In this document: positions 46,309 through 57,962 of the stretch, in pieces
Numbering within the stretch: position 1 is the stretch's first letter
Layout of the letters: each line of letters begins with the position of its first letter
Assembly: GCA_004764695.1 (NCBI GenBank)
Contig: SMSO01000032.1
Coordinates: forward strand, 7,658,483-7,722,482
DNA: 64,000 nucleotides
Origin: Schizochytrium sp. TIO01
Taxonomy: Eukaryota > Protista > Bigyra: Labyrinthulomycetes
Reading direction: 5' to 3'
Made by a program: the position numbers and the translations under genes
Notes under the pieces: model-generated
The model's input: only the letters and a program-made list of their open reading frames with translations
Database searches by the model: none
Told to the model about the DNA's origin: nothing

Positions 46309-47621
46309 GATGTTCTCAGCAACACAGAAGGAGGGACTTCACCTCACTCTTACTGTAGGTGACGGAGATATTGATTCGTGTGTACCTTGCTTCCTGAAGG
46401 GGAAACAAATACTATATCTGCAAACTCGAAGCCCAGCTGGCTTGACAGTTTGAAGTTGGCGGTCCTTAAAACAGGTTTGCCAGGGTCTTGGTGAACGAAA
46501 GAGTGAATTTACTTTATGTAGGTACTTTCCTGTACTTGTTTTCACAATTTCTCTATATATACTTATTATAGTTACTATATATACTTATTTATAGTTAAAA
46601 TGTTAAAAGAAAAACCTGAGGACCGACTCCGAGTTGTCAGGGAAAGAACAAAAGAAATAATTTGATTAAACAATATAATACACATATGTAGGCGTAAAAT
46701 GAAGAAATTATCTAAGGTTGACGTGACCAGCGCTTCAAAGAGTTAAATCTGTCACAATTCGCTCTCCACTAAAGTTATGCATTTGCTCCTTCACATTTGC
46801 TATGGCTATTACGAATTCATAAATGATTACTACCACGCAGTCTTCACCCCTCGTAGGCCTTATAGCTAAGAACATAGGAGAGGGTCGCGGTGAGGTCAAG
46901 TTTTATCAAGTATGGATTTTTAAAAGAAGTAGTTTATGTGGACCCTGGACTCCATCCGTCTCACGCCACTCTTACCTTCCTGCCATGGATGGCACCAGTA
47001 AATAAAGGTTGCTTCTTTCGGGGTAGCGTGAGTCAAGTTTCTAAAAGAGCCTGCATTCGTGTCAGGAGGTATATCCACTCTCTCAGGCAACCAACTTCTT
47101 TTGACACCTGTTTTAGCTTGGTCAATCAATCAATGGGAACGTGCTCTCTTTTATTTTAGTACACTTCCTACCCATTCTGAAACATCCACTCTTCGCCGCG
47201 ACAATTGTGTTGCTTCGAAGCACGTGAGCGCAGCGTTCTCGGCTCTGCTTCTCCATCGGATACAGCCGATCCTTCGCTGACGTCCATTCGCACAGCCACG
47301 AGCACCTGCAAACGCTCTTTCGTCTGCATCCCTTTGCTACGCGCAGCCTCCATGACCTGACCTGCTTCTTTCTCCCTCTTCCGAGCAAGCTGAGCTCATC
47401 GGCGATGAAAGAAACCGAAGCCTGCCAAGTCTTTCTTGTTCGCAAAGTTCACTCCATCGAACGACGGAGGGTTTCTCCTCTCACTTGGATCCATTTTGCT
47501 AAACCAGAGCCTCGGGAGCCACTTGAGGCGAGACCAGGCGATCGATGGGAAGCCAATATTCCTCATCACTAACAACATCTTGAGTTTCCACCCAAGTCCA
47601 AGTCCAAGGGCGTACGCAAGG

Positions 47622-47622
47622 G

Positions 47623-47698
<76 letters not shown>
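47622..47698. repeat. (GGCA)n microsatellite, about 19 units
   Basis: Read directly. Confidence 0.96.
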
Positions 47699-49020
47699 TG
47701 GTTTCGAAGCTGCACTCTGTCAGGTACTCAGAGGGAGGTACGTCGCAAGATATGAGCAGAATGCCAATTTCTTTCAAGCGAAAACAACTTGAACCCCAAG
47801 TCGAGCTCAATCACTCGTTCGCTTGTTGAAGTTGGCGATGGAGCTGTCACAGTGAACGTGAAGCTAGCTAGCTCTATCATGATGGTTCTATTGTTGTGGA
47901 GAGCAGGAAGAAACCAGAGGCGCAAACCCGAAGAACTTGGAAGGAGCATAGTAGGCAGGCCTATCTATGTATTTATTGTCTGTCCATTTAGGGACGTACG
48001 CAAATCGAAGTGAATCATCCTCAGGCAGTTCGTTTTTGCTTAGGCACGTTCATACAAGGAGGTAGGCGCCCACCCGCCTATTCACTTTGACACTATCTAT
48101 CCGCGCCAACTCTGCACTGCAGGGTAGTTCTTTTTTATGATTTATTTATTGAACTATAACTAAAACCTTTTATAACTTGGCAAGCAAGTAAGCAAGTAAG
48201 TAAAGTCTCAAGCAAGCCAAAACAATCACTGCCTGCGATGGTATGTATGAAGCCTGAGGAAGGCAAGTGGAGGCAATGCAGTGCCTAAGAAGGGAAGCAG
48301 ACACAGCACTCCGGGGACCACGACTTTGCAAGCAAGACCCGCAGGAACACCTTTGTGATAGTGCCATTGAACCACATTCAGTAAGACAAGACGACACGTG
48401 ACAACCCATTACATTCCTGACTAACTCTACAGCTAACCAGCTAACTACTACTGCCATCTCAGACATTTCTTACTGCGTGCATGAAGCGGTTGACTGTTTG
48501 GGCTTGAGTTTCTACTTCATGGGTGGGTACAGGTACCTCGTGAATGGCCCTTTTAGCTTGTGTTTTGATAGCAAGGTAGGGAGTACCTATCTGAAATTGG
48601 TCTTTGGGCACTTTTAGTTGCAATCTTCATTTAGCTTCTGATTCTGTTTATTTGAGGGTCCTACTAAAGCTCCGGCCAAAGCGAATTGAATCACTAGACC
48701 AATCGCGATAGGGGTAAGGTGGGTAGGTAGGTAGGTAGGTAGGTACCTAGCTAGGTGGAGCACAGCATGGGCGTGCTCTCAGAGACGCAACGCGAGTCCT
48801 CGTTCTGGGTTGAGTTCTTCTTCCTCACCCACGGTTTTGCCTCGAGATTTTTATTTTTCATACGATTTCGCCCTTCGCCTCTCGCCTAAATGACTCCTAC
48901 TGAGAGTGCTAGCTACCAATTGGATCAGCTCTGAGGACCGTCTTTGCCTTCAGCGCGGATTGAGCGGAAGCACCTCGAGTGCGATTTGCTCTCCGTCATG
49001 GACCTTGGGGTGGATGAGGG

Positions 49021-49313
49021 CATTCATTCCTTTATTCATTCCTTTATTCATTCCTTTATTCACTCCTTTATTCATTCCTTTATTCACTCCTTTATTCATT
49101 CATTCCTTCATTCATCTCATTCCTTCATTCATCTCATTCCTTCATTTCTTCATTCATCTCATTCATTCCTTCATTCATTCATTCATTCCTTCATTCCTTC
49201 ATTCATTCCTTCATTCATCTCATTCCTTCATTCATTCATTCATTCATTCATTCCTTCATTCATCTCATTCATTCATCCTCATACATTCATTCATTCATTC
49301 ATTCCTTTATTTC
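49021..49313. repeat. Complex (TTCA)-derived repeat with 12-mer CATTCCTTTATT units
   Basis: About six 12-mers followed by mixed CATT, CCTTCATT and CATCTCATT units. Confidence 0.9.
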
Positions 49314-49575
49314 TTTATTTCAAGGGGTTTGTTTGTAGCTCTCAAGGAGAGTCCTAATCAGCAGTACTTAGTATGTTGAGAAATATCTTTTGCCTCTCGG
49401 TTTCGTGCCAGCGCGAGGTGGCTATTCATTTCGCTGCAGAGGACTTCGGGGAACTTCAAGACAGCAGAGGCCTTGCATGAGACGGAACTGGCAAAGCGAA
49501 GGGGGCTTAGCGAAAGTTGGAAAATAATCTAAGCTGAGGCTTCTCTAGAAAACTGCAGCCAGGGATTTAAAGACG

Positions 49576-52248
49576 ATGCGGCTTCCGAAGCAGTTGCCAA
49601 TGGCAAGAGAGTCCGTTGCCCTTGCTCTAGCTGTGGTGCTTGCGACAGCTCAACTAGTAAGAGCAACTTCACAGACAACTTTCGCGACAAAGGTTAGCGC
49701 AACGAGCTACTCTATCAACTGGGTTAACGATAATCTTAAAAGCTTGCTCACTTTTGACGGCATTGGCGCAATCTCTGGCGGAGGCGCCACAAGTCGCTTA
49801 CTGGTTGAGTATCCTGAAGATGTTGCTTCAGAAATTTACGATTTTTTGTTTCTGCCAAATTTTGGCGCTTCCTTGCAGATAATCAAAGTAGAAATAGGTG
49901 GTGAAGCCCAATCGACAGATGGCTCCGAACAGTCCCATATGAGAAGTCCCGGAGACCTTGACTTTACGCGAGGCTATGAATGGAAAATTCTCCAAGAAGC
50001 CAAGAAGCGTAATCCGGACATTAAAACCTATGGACTCCCTTGGGCCTTTCCAGGCTGGATAGGAAATAGCGATAAAAATGACCCATTTACGAATCCTGAA
50101 AGGACCGCCAACTACACCGCTCAATGGGTGCGTGGCGCAAGAGATGTGCATGGTATTTACATCGATTATATTGGCATCTGGAATGAGCGTGGGGACAATA
50201 AGCAGTATACCCTTGCCCTGCGTAGGCTGCTTGACGAAATGGGGTTCACAAAGACCCTCATTGTTTCTAACGACGGTAATGCAAACAAAATTTGTCCGAA
50301 GCTCGGTGAGGACAAAGAGTATGCTGACGCAGTTGACATTGTTGGCTTGCACTATCCAAATGACCTTGACAAAAATATCGCACAAAGCTGTGCACCTTTA
50401 GGGAAAACAATTTGGTCTGCAGAAGAAAGCTCATCATATGATGATCTCAACGGCGCTGCTTGCTGGGCACGAGTGATCGCATCTCATTATATTCTAAATA
50501 ACATGACGTCCAATATCATGTGGAATCTAGTCGGTTCTTACATGCATGGCACTAATTGGTACGCTTCGTCTATCCTCACGGCTGTGCAGCCTTGGTCTGG
50601 GTTCTACGAGAGTGGGGAAATGCCAGTTGTATGGTCAACAGCTCATTATACTCAATTTTCAGCTCCTGGGTGGAAAATTCTTCCTGTTGGACATGGCTCA
50701 GGAGAGTTAGCCAAAGGTGGCTACTATGTGACTTTGGTCTCACCTGATGGCCAGGACTTCTCAATCATCATTGTTAAAATTTCCCAAGACCATGCTTCGT
50801 GTACAAGGCCCCGCTTATGGAATTTCGACACGTCCCCAGAGACTGCTCGTATTATACTCGGGGATTCGTTACGCAAATTAATTGAGTCGAAACCTCTCTA
50901 TGGCCGCTATTCCAATTTTGAATCCACAGATATCCCAGCACCTATCTTTGAGCCTTATCAGGTCTCCATCGAAAATGATGGCGTCCTTACCATCGATATT
51001 CAAGTTGGAGCAGTCTATACGATCAGTACAATCAGTTCCTCGCACAAAGGTAAAGCAAAAACTCAAGATTCTCGGGATAATGTACCTTCATTTCCTATAC
51101 CATTTTATGATGACTTTACAAAGTACAATTGTTCCGGCTGCTTGCCACATTTCCTAAGCGACCAGATGGGAATATTCGAGATACACAGCAAGCCTTCTGT
51201 ACTACGGCAAGTAACACCTGAGGCCCCAATTCACTGGGCAGAATTCCCTCTTGGCCCTCTTTCAGTGATTGGTATGACTGAGTGGGAGGATGTTAATATT
51301 ACGTCACGGTTTCGTATTCCCCTTGAAGCCTCTAAACTAGCTGCGCAAAAGAAGGTCGCCCCAGCTGCGTGTCTTGCCACGCGCACAAACCAATATTGGA
51401 ACACAGGTGTAGTTTTTTGCGCGTCAACAGAAAAATGGGTTATTCGTTATGGTGGGCCGCCTCGAGATACAGTTGTGAGTGCACACGACGATAATGTCAT
51501 CACGAGTGGTTCCATTCACATTGAGAGTGATGAGTGGCAGCGCATGTCGATTACTGTGGTCGGCGATGTTTTGAAGGCAGCTTCTATTAATGATGTACAG
51601 CTCATCCAACAAGATCTGAAGCTTCGCTCTAGGGATAACGGCTTTGCGGGCCTTGCAGTGAATGGCTATTTCCCTATAGAATTTGCCGATTTGTCGATTC
51701 AACCTGCCGGGCCTAAATGGCAGACCCGCCCAGAAACAACTCGTTTCACCGCTGGGATGCGGCTCGGCGTTCGTGAGTGTACACCTAACGGTATCTTTGA
51801 CTCGGCGCAAGCGTTTGAACTTCGTGCCAATTGGCAAATTCGGCACGTAGAATCAATTGAGGGCCTCGAGAATGATGACATGAGGCGCAATTCACTTTGT
51901 GCTGAGGCTGCCCATGATGGTTCATTGTATTTGCAAGCATGTGACATCAAGTCGGAGCAAGAATTCCGAAATGATTATACTACTATTCGGAACCAGGAAG
52001 CTGCACTCCACAATAAAGCAGGAGATTTACAGGGCGTGCCTAATGGTAATGCTTTTGTCGGAAATCCTGTGCTTCCGAATGAAGCAACCTTCAAGCGTTG
52101 GGCATATTTTCCAAACACACTTCAGCTACGCTCGCAGCTTCACTACAACTCAGCAGTTGGCTCCCCCCAGTGTCTGACAGTACTGGGCGACACGACAGCA
52201 AGCCTCAAAAGTATTAGTCGAGACGCCATTAAAATGGCTGTTGCGTAA
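49576..52248 (+). CDS. GALC: Galactocerebrosidase (GH59) with C-terminal ricin-B-like extension
   Basis: Signal peptide, FDGIGAISGGGATSRLL, GASLQIIKVEIGG, STDGSEQSHM, RGYEW, LPWAFPGW, acid/base GIWNER and nucleophile region WSAEE. The C-terminus has Cys/QxF repeats. Confidence 0.93.
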   Translation: MRLPKQLPMARESVALALAVVLATAQLVRATSQTTFATKVSATSYSINWVNDNLKSLLTFDGIGAISGGGATSRLLVEYPEDVASEIYDFLFLPNFGASLQIIKVEIGGEAQSTDGSEQSHMRSPGDLDFTRGYEWKILQEAKKRNPDIKTYGLPWAFPGWIGNSDKNDPFTNPERTANYTAQWVRGARDVHGIYIDYIGIWNERGDNKQYTLALRRLLDEMGFTKTLIVSNDGNANKICPKLGEDKEYADAVDIVGLHYPNDLDKNIAQSCAPLGKTIWSAEESSSYDDLNGAACWARVIASHYILNNMTSNIMWNLVGSYMHGTNWYASSILTAVQPWSGFYESGEMPVVWSTAHYTQFSAPGWKILPVGHGSGELAKGGYYVTLVSPDGQDFSIIIVKISQDHASCTRPRLWNFDTSPETARIILGDSLRKLIESKPLYGRYSNFESTDIPAPIFEPYQVSIENDGVLTIDIQVGAVYTISTISSSHKGKAKTQDSRDNVPSFPIPFYDDFTKYNCSGCLPHFLSDQMGIFEIHSKPSVLRQVTPEAPIHWAEFPLGPLSVIGMTEWEDVNITSRFRIPLEASKLAAQKKVAPAACLATRTNQYWNTGVVFCASTEKWVIRYGGPPRDTVVSAHDDNVITSGSIHIESDEWQRMSITVVGDVLKAASINDVQLIQQDLKLRSRDNGFAGLAVNGYFPIEFADLSIQPAGPKWQTRPETTRFTAGMRLGVRECTPNGIFDSAQAFELRANWQIRHVESIEGLENDDMRRNSLCAEAAHDGSLYLQACDIKSEQEFRNDYTTIRNQEAALHNKAGDLQGVPNGNAFVGNPVLPNEATFKRWAYFPNTLQLRSQLHYNSAVGSPQCLTVLGDTTASLKSISRDAIKMAVA

Positions 52249-52509
52249 AACTCCATAATTGTGAGATAAAATATTTTAAATTTAATTTTTTACTTCATAG
52301 AGCAGGAGCGTGGAAAGTTGGGGAAGTGAAGTTTCACTGGAAAAAGTACCTGCATCAGTTATTAAGGATGATGTAATTGCATCTTATAACTAATCTACAT
52401 AAAAAGTCAAACTCCAGCCTTTCCAAAGCCCCCCCTCCCCGCCTAAGCGAAACTCAAACAAAACAAAAGTTAATGGCAGATTTTACTTTCAAAAGATTTG
52501 TTTTAAATT

Positions 52510-54123
52510 TTACATGGTCACAGTTCCTGATACGTGAAATTTACTCGCCTCAGAAACCTTGATATCGACACGCTTTCCAATCAGAGTATCATCGCGAGGG
52601 GTAATAACAACCTTTACATAGGAGTCAGTATGACCAATATTCTGGGATCCATCACGGGAAATCTCTTCTGAAATCCAACATGGCACCGTCTGTCCTACAA
52701 GGTGTTCGTGAGGAAAATACGTTTCAAAGTAGGCTGAGATCCGCCGACTGCGGTCCTTCACAACCTGGGTTTGCAATCGCTTCATCTTTGCTGCAGGTGT
52801 GCCAGGTCGGGGGTAGAATTGAGAAATATTGAGCACAGGAAACTTGTACTTCTCAACAAGCTTCATTGTCTCATCAAAGTCCTCATCTGTCTCAGTAGGA
52901 AAACCGCAAATTATATCTGTGGCCAAAGTAAGTCCCGGAACGTGCTTTAGCATATAATCAGCGACTCGCTCAAATTCTTCAACAGTATACTCTCGACGCA
53001 TGGCCTCCAAGACGGCGTTGCTGCCAGATTGCACAGGAATGTGAAGGAACTTAAACATATAGCCACTGCGCATTGCCTCAGCAATTCGATCAAGTTGTGC
53101 AAGGATGAATGGTGGGTTGGTCATGCCAAGGCGTAACATCCGGTCTGGAAGGCCACGAGCAGCAAATGTTTGAGTAAGCTTTTCGAGGAGAGTACCAAGG
53201 TTGGTACCTAGATCGCGACCGTAGGCTCCTGTATCCTCACTAGCCAGCCAGATCTCACGGGCAGCACGATCTCCTGTAGCAGGATCGTCTTCTTCTTGAA
53301 GAACCTTTTCAACGCGAGCAATAATGGCGTCTGGATCGTAGCTTCCAAGCTTGCCCCGAGCATGCTTCGTTTTACAGTACGTGCAGCTTCCAAGACAACC
53401 TGTGCTGAGCGGCACAATCTCCACAAGTTTATTCTTGCGAACCTTGGGCATATCAAGTCGTGGGAGTTCTTTCTTGCCCAGCAGACGGACGGTGTTACCC
53501 TGCAATGTTTGTTCAACCACCTCTACAATTCGGTCGATCTGTGTCACGCCAAGCATGCTTGTGCCCTCGAGGCCCTTTAGCTTGCGATCAGCTTGAGGCA
53601 CGCAGCCAGCGACAACAACGGCCTTGCCCTGAGCTTTTCCCTGCTCAACAACGTGGAGAAATGCCGATTGAGAGGGGTCTTTTACAGTGCAGCTGTTCAC
53701 CAACCAGACGTCAGCATCCTCCTTGGATGCAGTTTGCCTGTAACCATACGCCTCCAGAGCGCCTTCCATGTATTCGCCATCACTCACATTGTGTGAACAT
53801 CCGAACGTCTTGCTCCAGAAGCGACCCACTCCAGGTACCCGGCTACGCTGTACACTGGATTCTGCAGAACTTGAACCAGAAACTTGGGCATATTCTGCGG
53901 AAGTGTTTTTACTGGTGCTATTGATACCATCGTTGATTGGCTTGTCGTTGTTGGAATCATTTTCGGTGTTCGAGGTGGACGTCTCAAGAACAAATTCGTC
54001 ATAGTCATCATGATCATTGTCATAAACATTGCGAGGAGCATGTACACGAACAATCCCGCCCAAATCAAGTGATCCTGCGGAGGGCTGATCCCCCGCCACA
54101 AAAAGGTCCTCAATGTCATCCAT
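52510..54123 (-). CDS. CDKAL1: t6A37 tRNA methylthiotransferase (CDKAL1/e-MtaB)
   Basis: N-terminal MDDIEDL, UPF0004 cysteines (TFGCSHN, NSCTVK, AGCVPQ), radical SAM GCLGSCTYC, SEDTGAYG, GMTNPP, ATDIICGFPTE, and a TRAM domain. ATG at 54123. Confidence 0.95.
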   Translation of the reverse strand: MDDIEDLFVAGDQPSAGSLDLGGIVRVHAPRNVYDNDHDDYDEFVLETSTSNTENDSNNDKPINDGINSTSKNTSAEYAQVSGSSSAESSVQRSRVPGVGRFWSKTFGCSHNVSDGEYMEGALEAYGYRQTASKEDADVWLVNSCTVKDPSQSAFLHVVEQGKAQGKAVVVAGCVPQADRKLKGLEGTSMLGVTQIDRIVEVVEQTLQGNTVRLLGKKELPRLDMPKVRKNKLVEIVPLSTGCLGSCTYCKTKHARGKLGSYDPDAIIARVEKVLQEEDDPATGDRAAREIWLASEDTGAYGRDLGTNLGTLLEKLTQTFAARGLPDRMLRLGMTNPPFILAQLDRIAEAMRSGYMFKFLHIPVQSGSNAVLEAMRREYTVEEFERVADYMLKHVPGLTLATDIICGFPTETDEDFDETMKLVEKYKFPVLNISQFYPRPGTPAAKMKRLQTQVVKDRSRRISAYFETYFPHEHLVGQTVPCWISEEISRDGSQNIGHTDSYVKVVITPRDDTLIGKRVDIKVSEASKFHVSGTVTM

Positions 54124-55865
54124 CGCGAAAGCAGGAATCAGCAGCTGTGGCTGACAAAGAAGCAACTGCAGCAAAGAAAATAAAGGACCTGATAACGATC
54201 TTCAACGAAGAGTCAAATCAAAGCAAGAAGATGGCCTCTATTTCGCCTTTCTCTGCTTTGAATGGCCAAATGGGGCAACGACTCTGCCTTGTGATCATGT
54301 CTTGTAAAGGCAGCGTCTCCATCAGTCTATTTACTTCAATCACAAAGAAAAAGAAAAAAAAAAATGAATTAAAACGCACTCTAGTACGTAATAAGTACAG
54401 TATGACTAGTGGTGAAAAGAAAGAAAAGAAAAGGTAGTAGGAGTAATTAGCTGATAATAAGGAGGTAAATAGTTGGTAGCTACGTGCTAGCAACACAATA
54501 ACAGTGACAACAAGAAACAAAATAATGGAGCTTATCTGTCGAAAGCTGCGTAAGCACCTCGGTCGTTAAACTAAGTAAAAATCACTACGCGCTTCAATGA
54601 ACATACACACCATGCTCAAATGGCAATGCGCAACTTAACCATCGATAAGGAGCATACACGACATTTGTTAAACAAGCAGGTACGTCCGTACTCAGTTTTC
54701 TCTTGCGAACTTTGTAAAAGACACGGTTTGAGTCTTCGAAAGTCAAAACATAAGGCGTAGAATGTCTTAATCAGGATAAATGTGCAGCTGCAATTGTGTC
54801 TTTTAAAACAGGTCAAATTGGCTTTATCCACTGCCTAGTACTGCAAGTATTATATTTATATTCGAGTGTCTAGAATGGCTTGGGTAGGTAAACCTATCCT
54901 TTCTTTTGGTCCCTCATTATGTAGGTAGGTAGAAGTGAATTAAAAAAACCAAAATTGCTTTAAGAAACCAAAAGTGAGCCACAATCCCATTGTTGAAGGT
55001 ATTAAATGTTTGTTATCTGTTTGTTTTTCAAGATAATATCAAGTTTTGTTTCAAACAGGTATGATGAGTTGCTTCAAGTATTGCAGATCTGGTTCACTTG
55101 ACTGACGCTAGCTTATGGACACAACGGCTACCAAATAGTCGTACTTCATCAAAATCTCAATATGTGTTACTACGTAGCGAGCGGGGATAGTATGTCTAGA
55201 AAGGTATATCATAAACAGACTTTGCTTTCACATCACTACTTTCATGTTTGGATATCGAAGCGCTCCTTTTTTTTCTTTTTCACTAAGATAAAATAAATTA
55301 AACAAGAACACTCCGAATCGATACAATCTTAGAACGAGATGTACAATTTTAGTCTAGTAATTTGAATCAGCGAACTGGTTTTGATTGATCCCAACCCTAT
55401 GATAGTCTTTGCAACGCATTCGAAATGTCTAGTACGTATGTATGCTATGCATATAGGTAGACATATTTAGTAGCTAGCAATAGTAGTATATTGGTGTATT
55501 TACGACCATTTCTTAAGCATGACGTATGTAAAAGGACTGGTAATCCTACTAGGTAGGAGGTCCAATGCTACCTAGGCATAGGTAGGTAGGCACCTACTAA
55601 CTAGACACAGACGGCCATCAACCAACTCAGAGACCAAAGAAATACCTGGAGGTCTTGACGACTTGGGTAGTCCTGTAGCTCATTGTTGTGAGAGCATTTT
55701 TACAATACAGAGGCGCGACGTTGCCTAACCTCTGCTTCTACACCTTCAATTTGATACAACCACTTCTTTGTTGACTAGTCGTTTTGGTTTAAGGTTTGAG
55801 GCTTGGAGTTTGAGGTTTGAGGCCTGATTTGATTTTGATTGGCTGGCGGTAAAGAGAATCCAAAC

Positions 55866-57173
55866 ATGGCACCAACAGCGTCAAAGAACTCACTTTGGCA
55901 AAGTAGCAATGTGCAAGAAGCTGATGTTATCATCAGCGAGACATGGGAGAAGGCTTTGCAGTCAATTACTCGAAAGGCGTCCCGCATCAACGAGTCAGAG
56001 GAAGGAGACAGAATGATTCTGGCTGTCGTAGGTGGCAAAGGCCTTGGAAAGTCGACGTTTGTACGATTGGCAGCAAATAAAATACAAGCATCCGTATCAT
56101 CAGATGTACGGTGCTTTCTGATCGACACTGACCCTGGACAACCGATTCTCGATCTACCTGGAACCCTCGGCCTGTTCGAGGCCAAAACCATGAACAGCGA
56201 GGATGACACGAAGGCTGCCTCAAGGAAAAGAAAAAAGGCTGCCAGCAAGAAGCGCCCACGCTCAGAGTCAGGTACAGCATCAGGCCAAGTAACCTGGGAG
56301 CAACAGAAGTCATTCTTCTTAGGTGATACGAGTCCTGCGACTCACCCTAGTACATTCATGGACAGCATCCACAATCTTGTTCGAACATATGAGACCCTGA
56401 CCGAGGGAAGCCCATCTGTGCTGATTTTGAACTTCCATGGCTGGACGATCGGCCTCGGTTCGGAAATGGCCAATGCAATGCTTAAGTCCGCCAATGTTAA
56501 CTACGTGGTTCACATTCGTCACACGTCTCGAGCTGACACCATCGAGTATGATGCTAAGTCTTTGGATCGCGTCTACCGATTGCAGCCTGCTCATGTGGGT
56601 GGCTCATCTGAGGTTGCAAAAGACCAGCGCTTTGAGCGCATTTGTCATTACTTTGGTGCACCTTCATTGACTGATCTCGAACTGAAACAGTCGTTCCCTC
56701 TTCGGGTGCCAAGCGACGTAGAAATCTGCACAGTTCGTGAAGATGAAGGCTTAGACGCCGATCTGTTGATGGCCGCAGACGGTGCATTTGTTGGCCTTTG
56801 CCGGCGTGCTCCGCTAGATACAAACAGTGAAAGTGACGATGACGCTGATGAGGATGGAAATAAAATGCTCCAGTCCAATTCTTTCGAATACCTTGGCATG
56901 GGATTTGTGTCGTATGCAGGGTCAGATCAGGTACTTCATATCGTATCTCCTATTAAGAAGGAAACCTTGTTTGAGCAAGGCATTACACATGTCGTTCTTG
57001 GAAGCCAGGGCGCCCCGCTTATGCAGTGGTTAGCCAAGAACTCAGAAAGCTGCTCACGAAAGATGCATAAACCTTTTTTTGTTGATGCTGAGCTGAGCGT
57101 TGATCTTGTGCCTCCTTCCAACGTCAACAAAAAGAATCTCAAGCGCAGAAGACTTACACACCGCAAGAAGTAA
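55866..57173 (+). CDS. NOL9: Polynucleotide 5'-hydroxyl kinase, NOL9/Grc3 (Clp1 family)
   Basis: P-loop GGKGLGKST, Walker B DTDPGQP, FFLGDTSP and LILNFHGW, plus basic NLS-like tracts. ATG at 55866. Confidence 0.8.
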   Translation: MAPTASKNSLWQSSNVQEADVIISETWEKALQSITRKASRINESEEGDRMILAVVGGKGLGKSTFVRLAANKIQASVSSDVRCFLIDTDPGQPILDLPGTLGLFEAKTMNSEDDTKAASRKRKKAASKKRPRSESGTASGQVTWEQQKSFFLGDTSPATHPSTFMDSIHNLVRTYETLTEGSPSVLILNFHGWTIGLGSEMANAMLKSANVNYVVHIRHTSRADTIEYDAKSLDRVYRLQPAHVGGSSEVAKDQRFERICHYFGAPSLTDLELKQSFPLRVPSDVEICTVREDEGLDADLLMAADGAFVGLCRRAPLDTNSESDDDADEDGNKMLQSNSFEYLGMGFVSYAGSDQVLHIVSPIKKETLFEQGITHVVLGSQGAPLMQWLAKNSESCSRKMHKPFFVDAELSVDLVPPSNVNKKNLKRRRLTHRKK

Positions 57174-57437
57174 AAAAACAGAAAGAGTTCCTTGGCACTC
57201 AATCGGTATACAAAAACAACTAAAGCAAGTGAAACTACACGATTCACATTTACGTCTGAACGATTGCAGGCAGCCATGCCGTGTTGTCTGTCTATAGATG
57301 AAGAGTGGTCATACCTTAGCAATGCCCCAAGTATCACCTGCTTCTTTGCTATGAGAAAACGCATTCAGTGATTGGAGAATACTAATAGAGTTCTTGTGTG
57401 TGATGACCTTCTAAACCTATAATACTTTTTAAAACAT

Positions 57438-57962
57438 TTAAATGTTGATTTTGTGAGCAAGGAAATCTTCAATTTCCTCTGCACTCCACCTTCCCACCTC
57501 TATGCGACGTACAGCATCTCCATCCTCGTTACGCAGAATGAGTACTGGCCCACGTGTGAATCGATCTGTAATTGAAAGTGCCTTGCCAAAACGAGTGCTG
57601 CGGGAGTCTACAAATTCTGATACTGATGGGAAAGCAGCAATGCGAAAGCGGTCGATTACCAGCTCTGCACTAGCAACATCTTCTCCCGAATCTAAAGCTT
57701 CTTCATTACCCTGAAGCTCTTGGCAGCACTGCTCACACATATCAATAACTGCATCAATTTGGGCTAGATCATTATTTCCAGAAGATAGAACCTCATCCAA
57801 TGTCTGAGCCAATCGAACACAAGTTCCACATGAAAGTTTCTCGGGGTCAAATCCGAAGGAAACACAATCCTGTAATTCTACTGGCGTATCTTGTCCTGCC
57901 ACAGCCAAGGTAACTGCAACAGACAGCAGAATGTAGACTTGAGTTAGAGTGCGTAGGAGCAT
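57438..57962 (-). CDS. Sep15/SELENOF-like ER protein lacking the CxU motif
   Basis: Signal peptide, Cys-rich domain (C..FGF....LSCGTC...CEQCC), and Sep15/SelM fold features FPSVSEFV, GPVLIL and WSAEEIEDFL. ATG at 57962. Confidence 0.85.
   Translation of the reverse strand: MLLRTLTQVYILLSVAVTLAVAGQDTPVELQDCVSFGFDPEKLSCGTCVRLAQTLDEVLSSGNNDLAQIDAVIDMCEQCCQELQGNEEALDSGEDVASAELVIDRFRIAAFPSVSEFVDSRSTRFGKALSITDRFTRGPVLILRNEDGDAVRRIEVGRWSAEEIEDFLAHKINI

Noticed and set aside
57174-57437. SECIS element downstream of the Sep15-like gene
   Set aside because: No in-frame UGA to decode and no canonical SECIS geometry seen.
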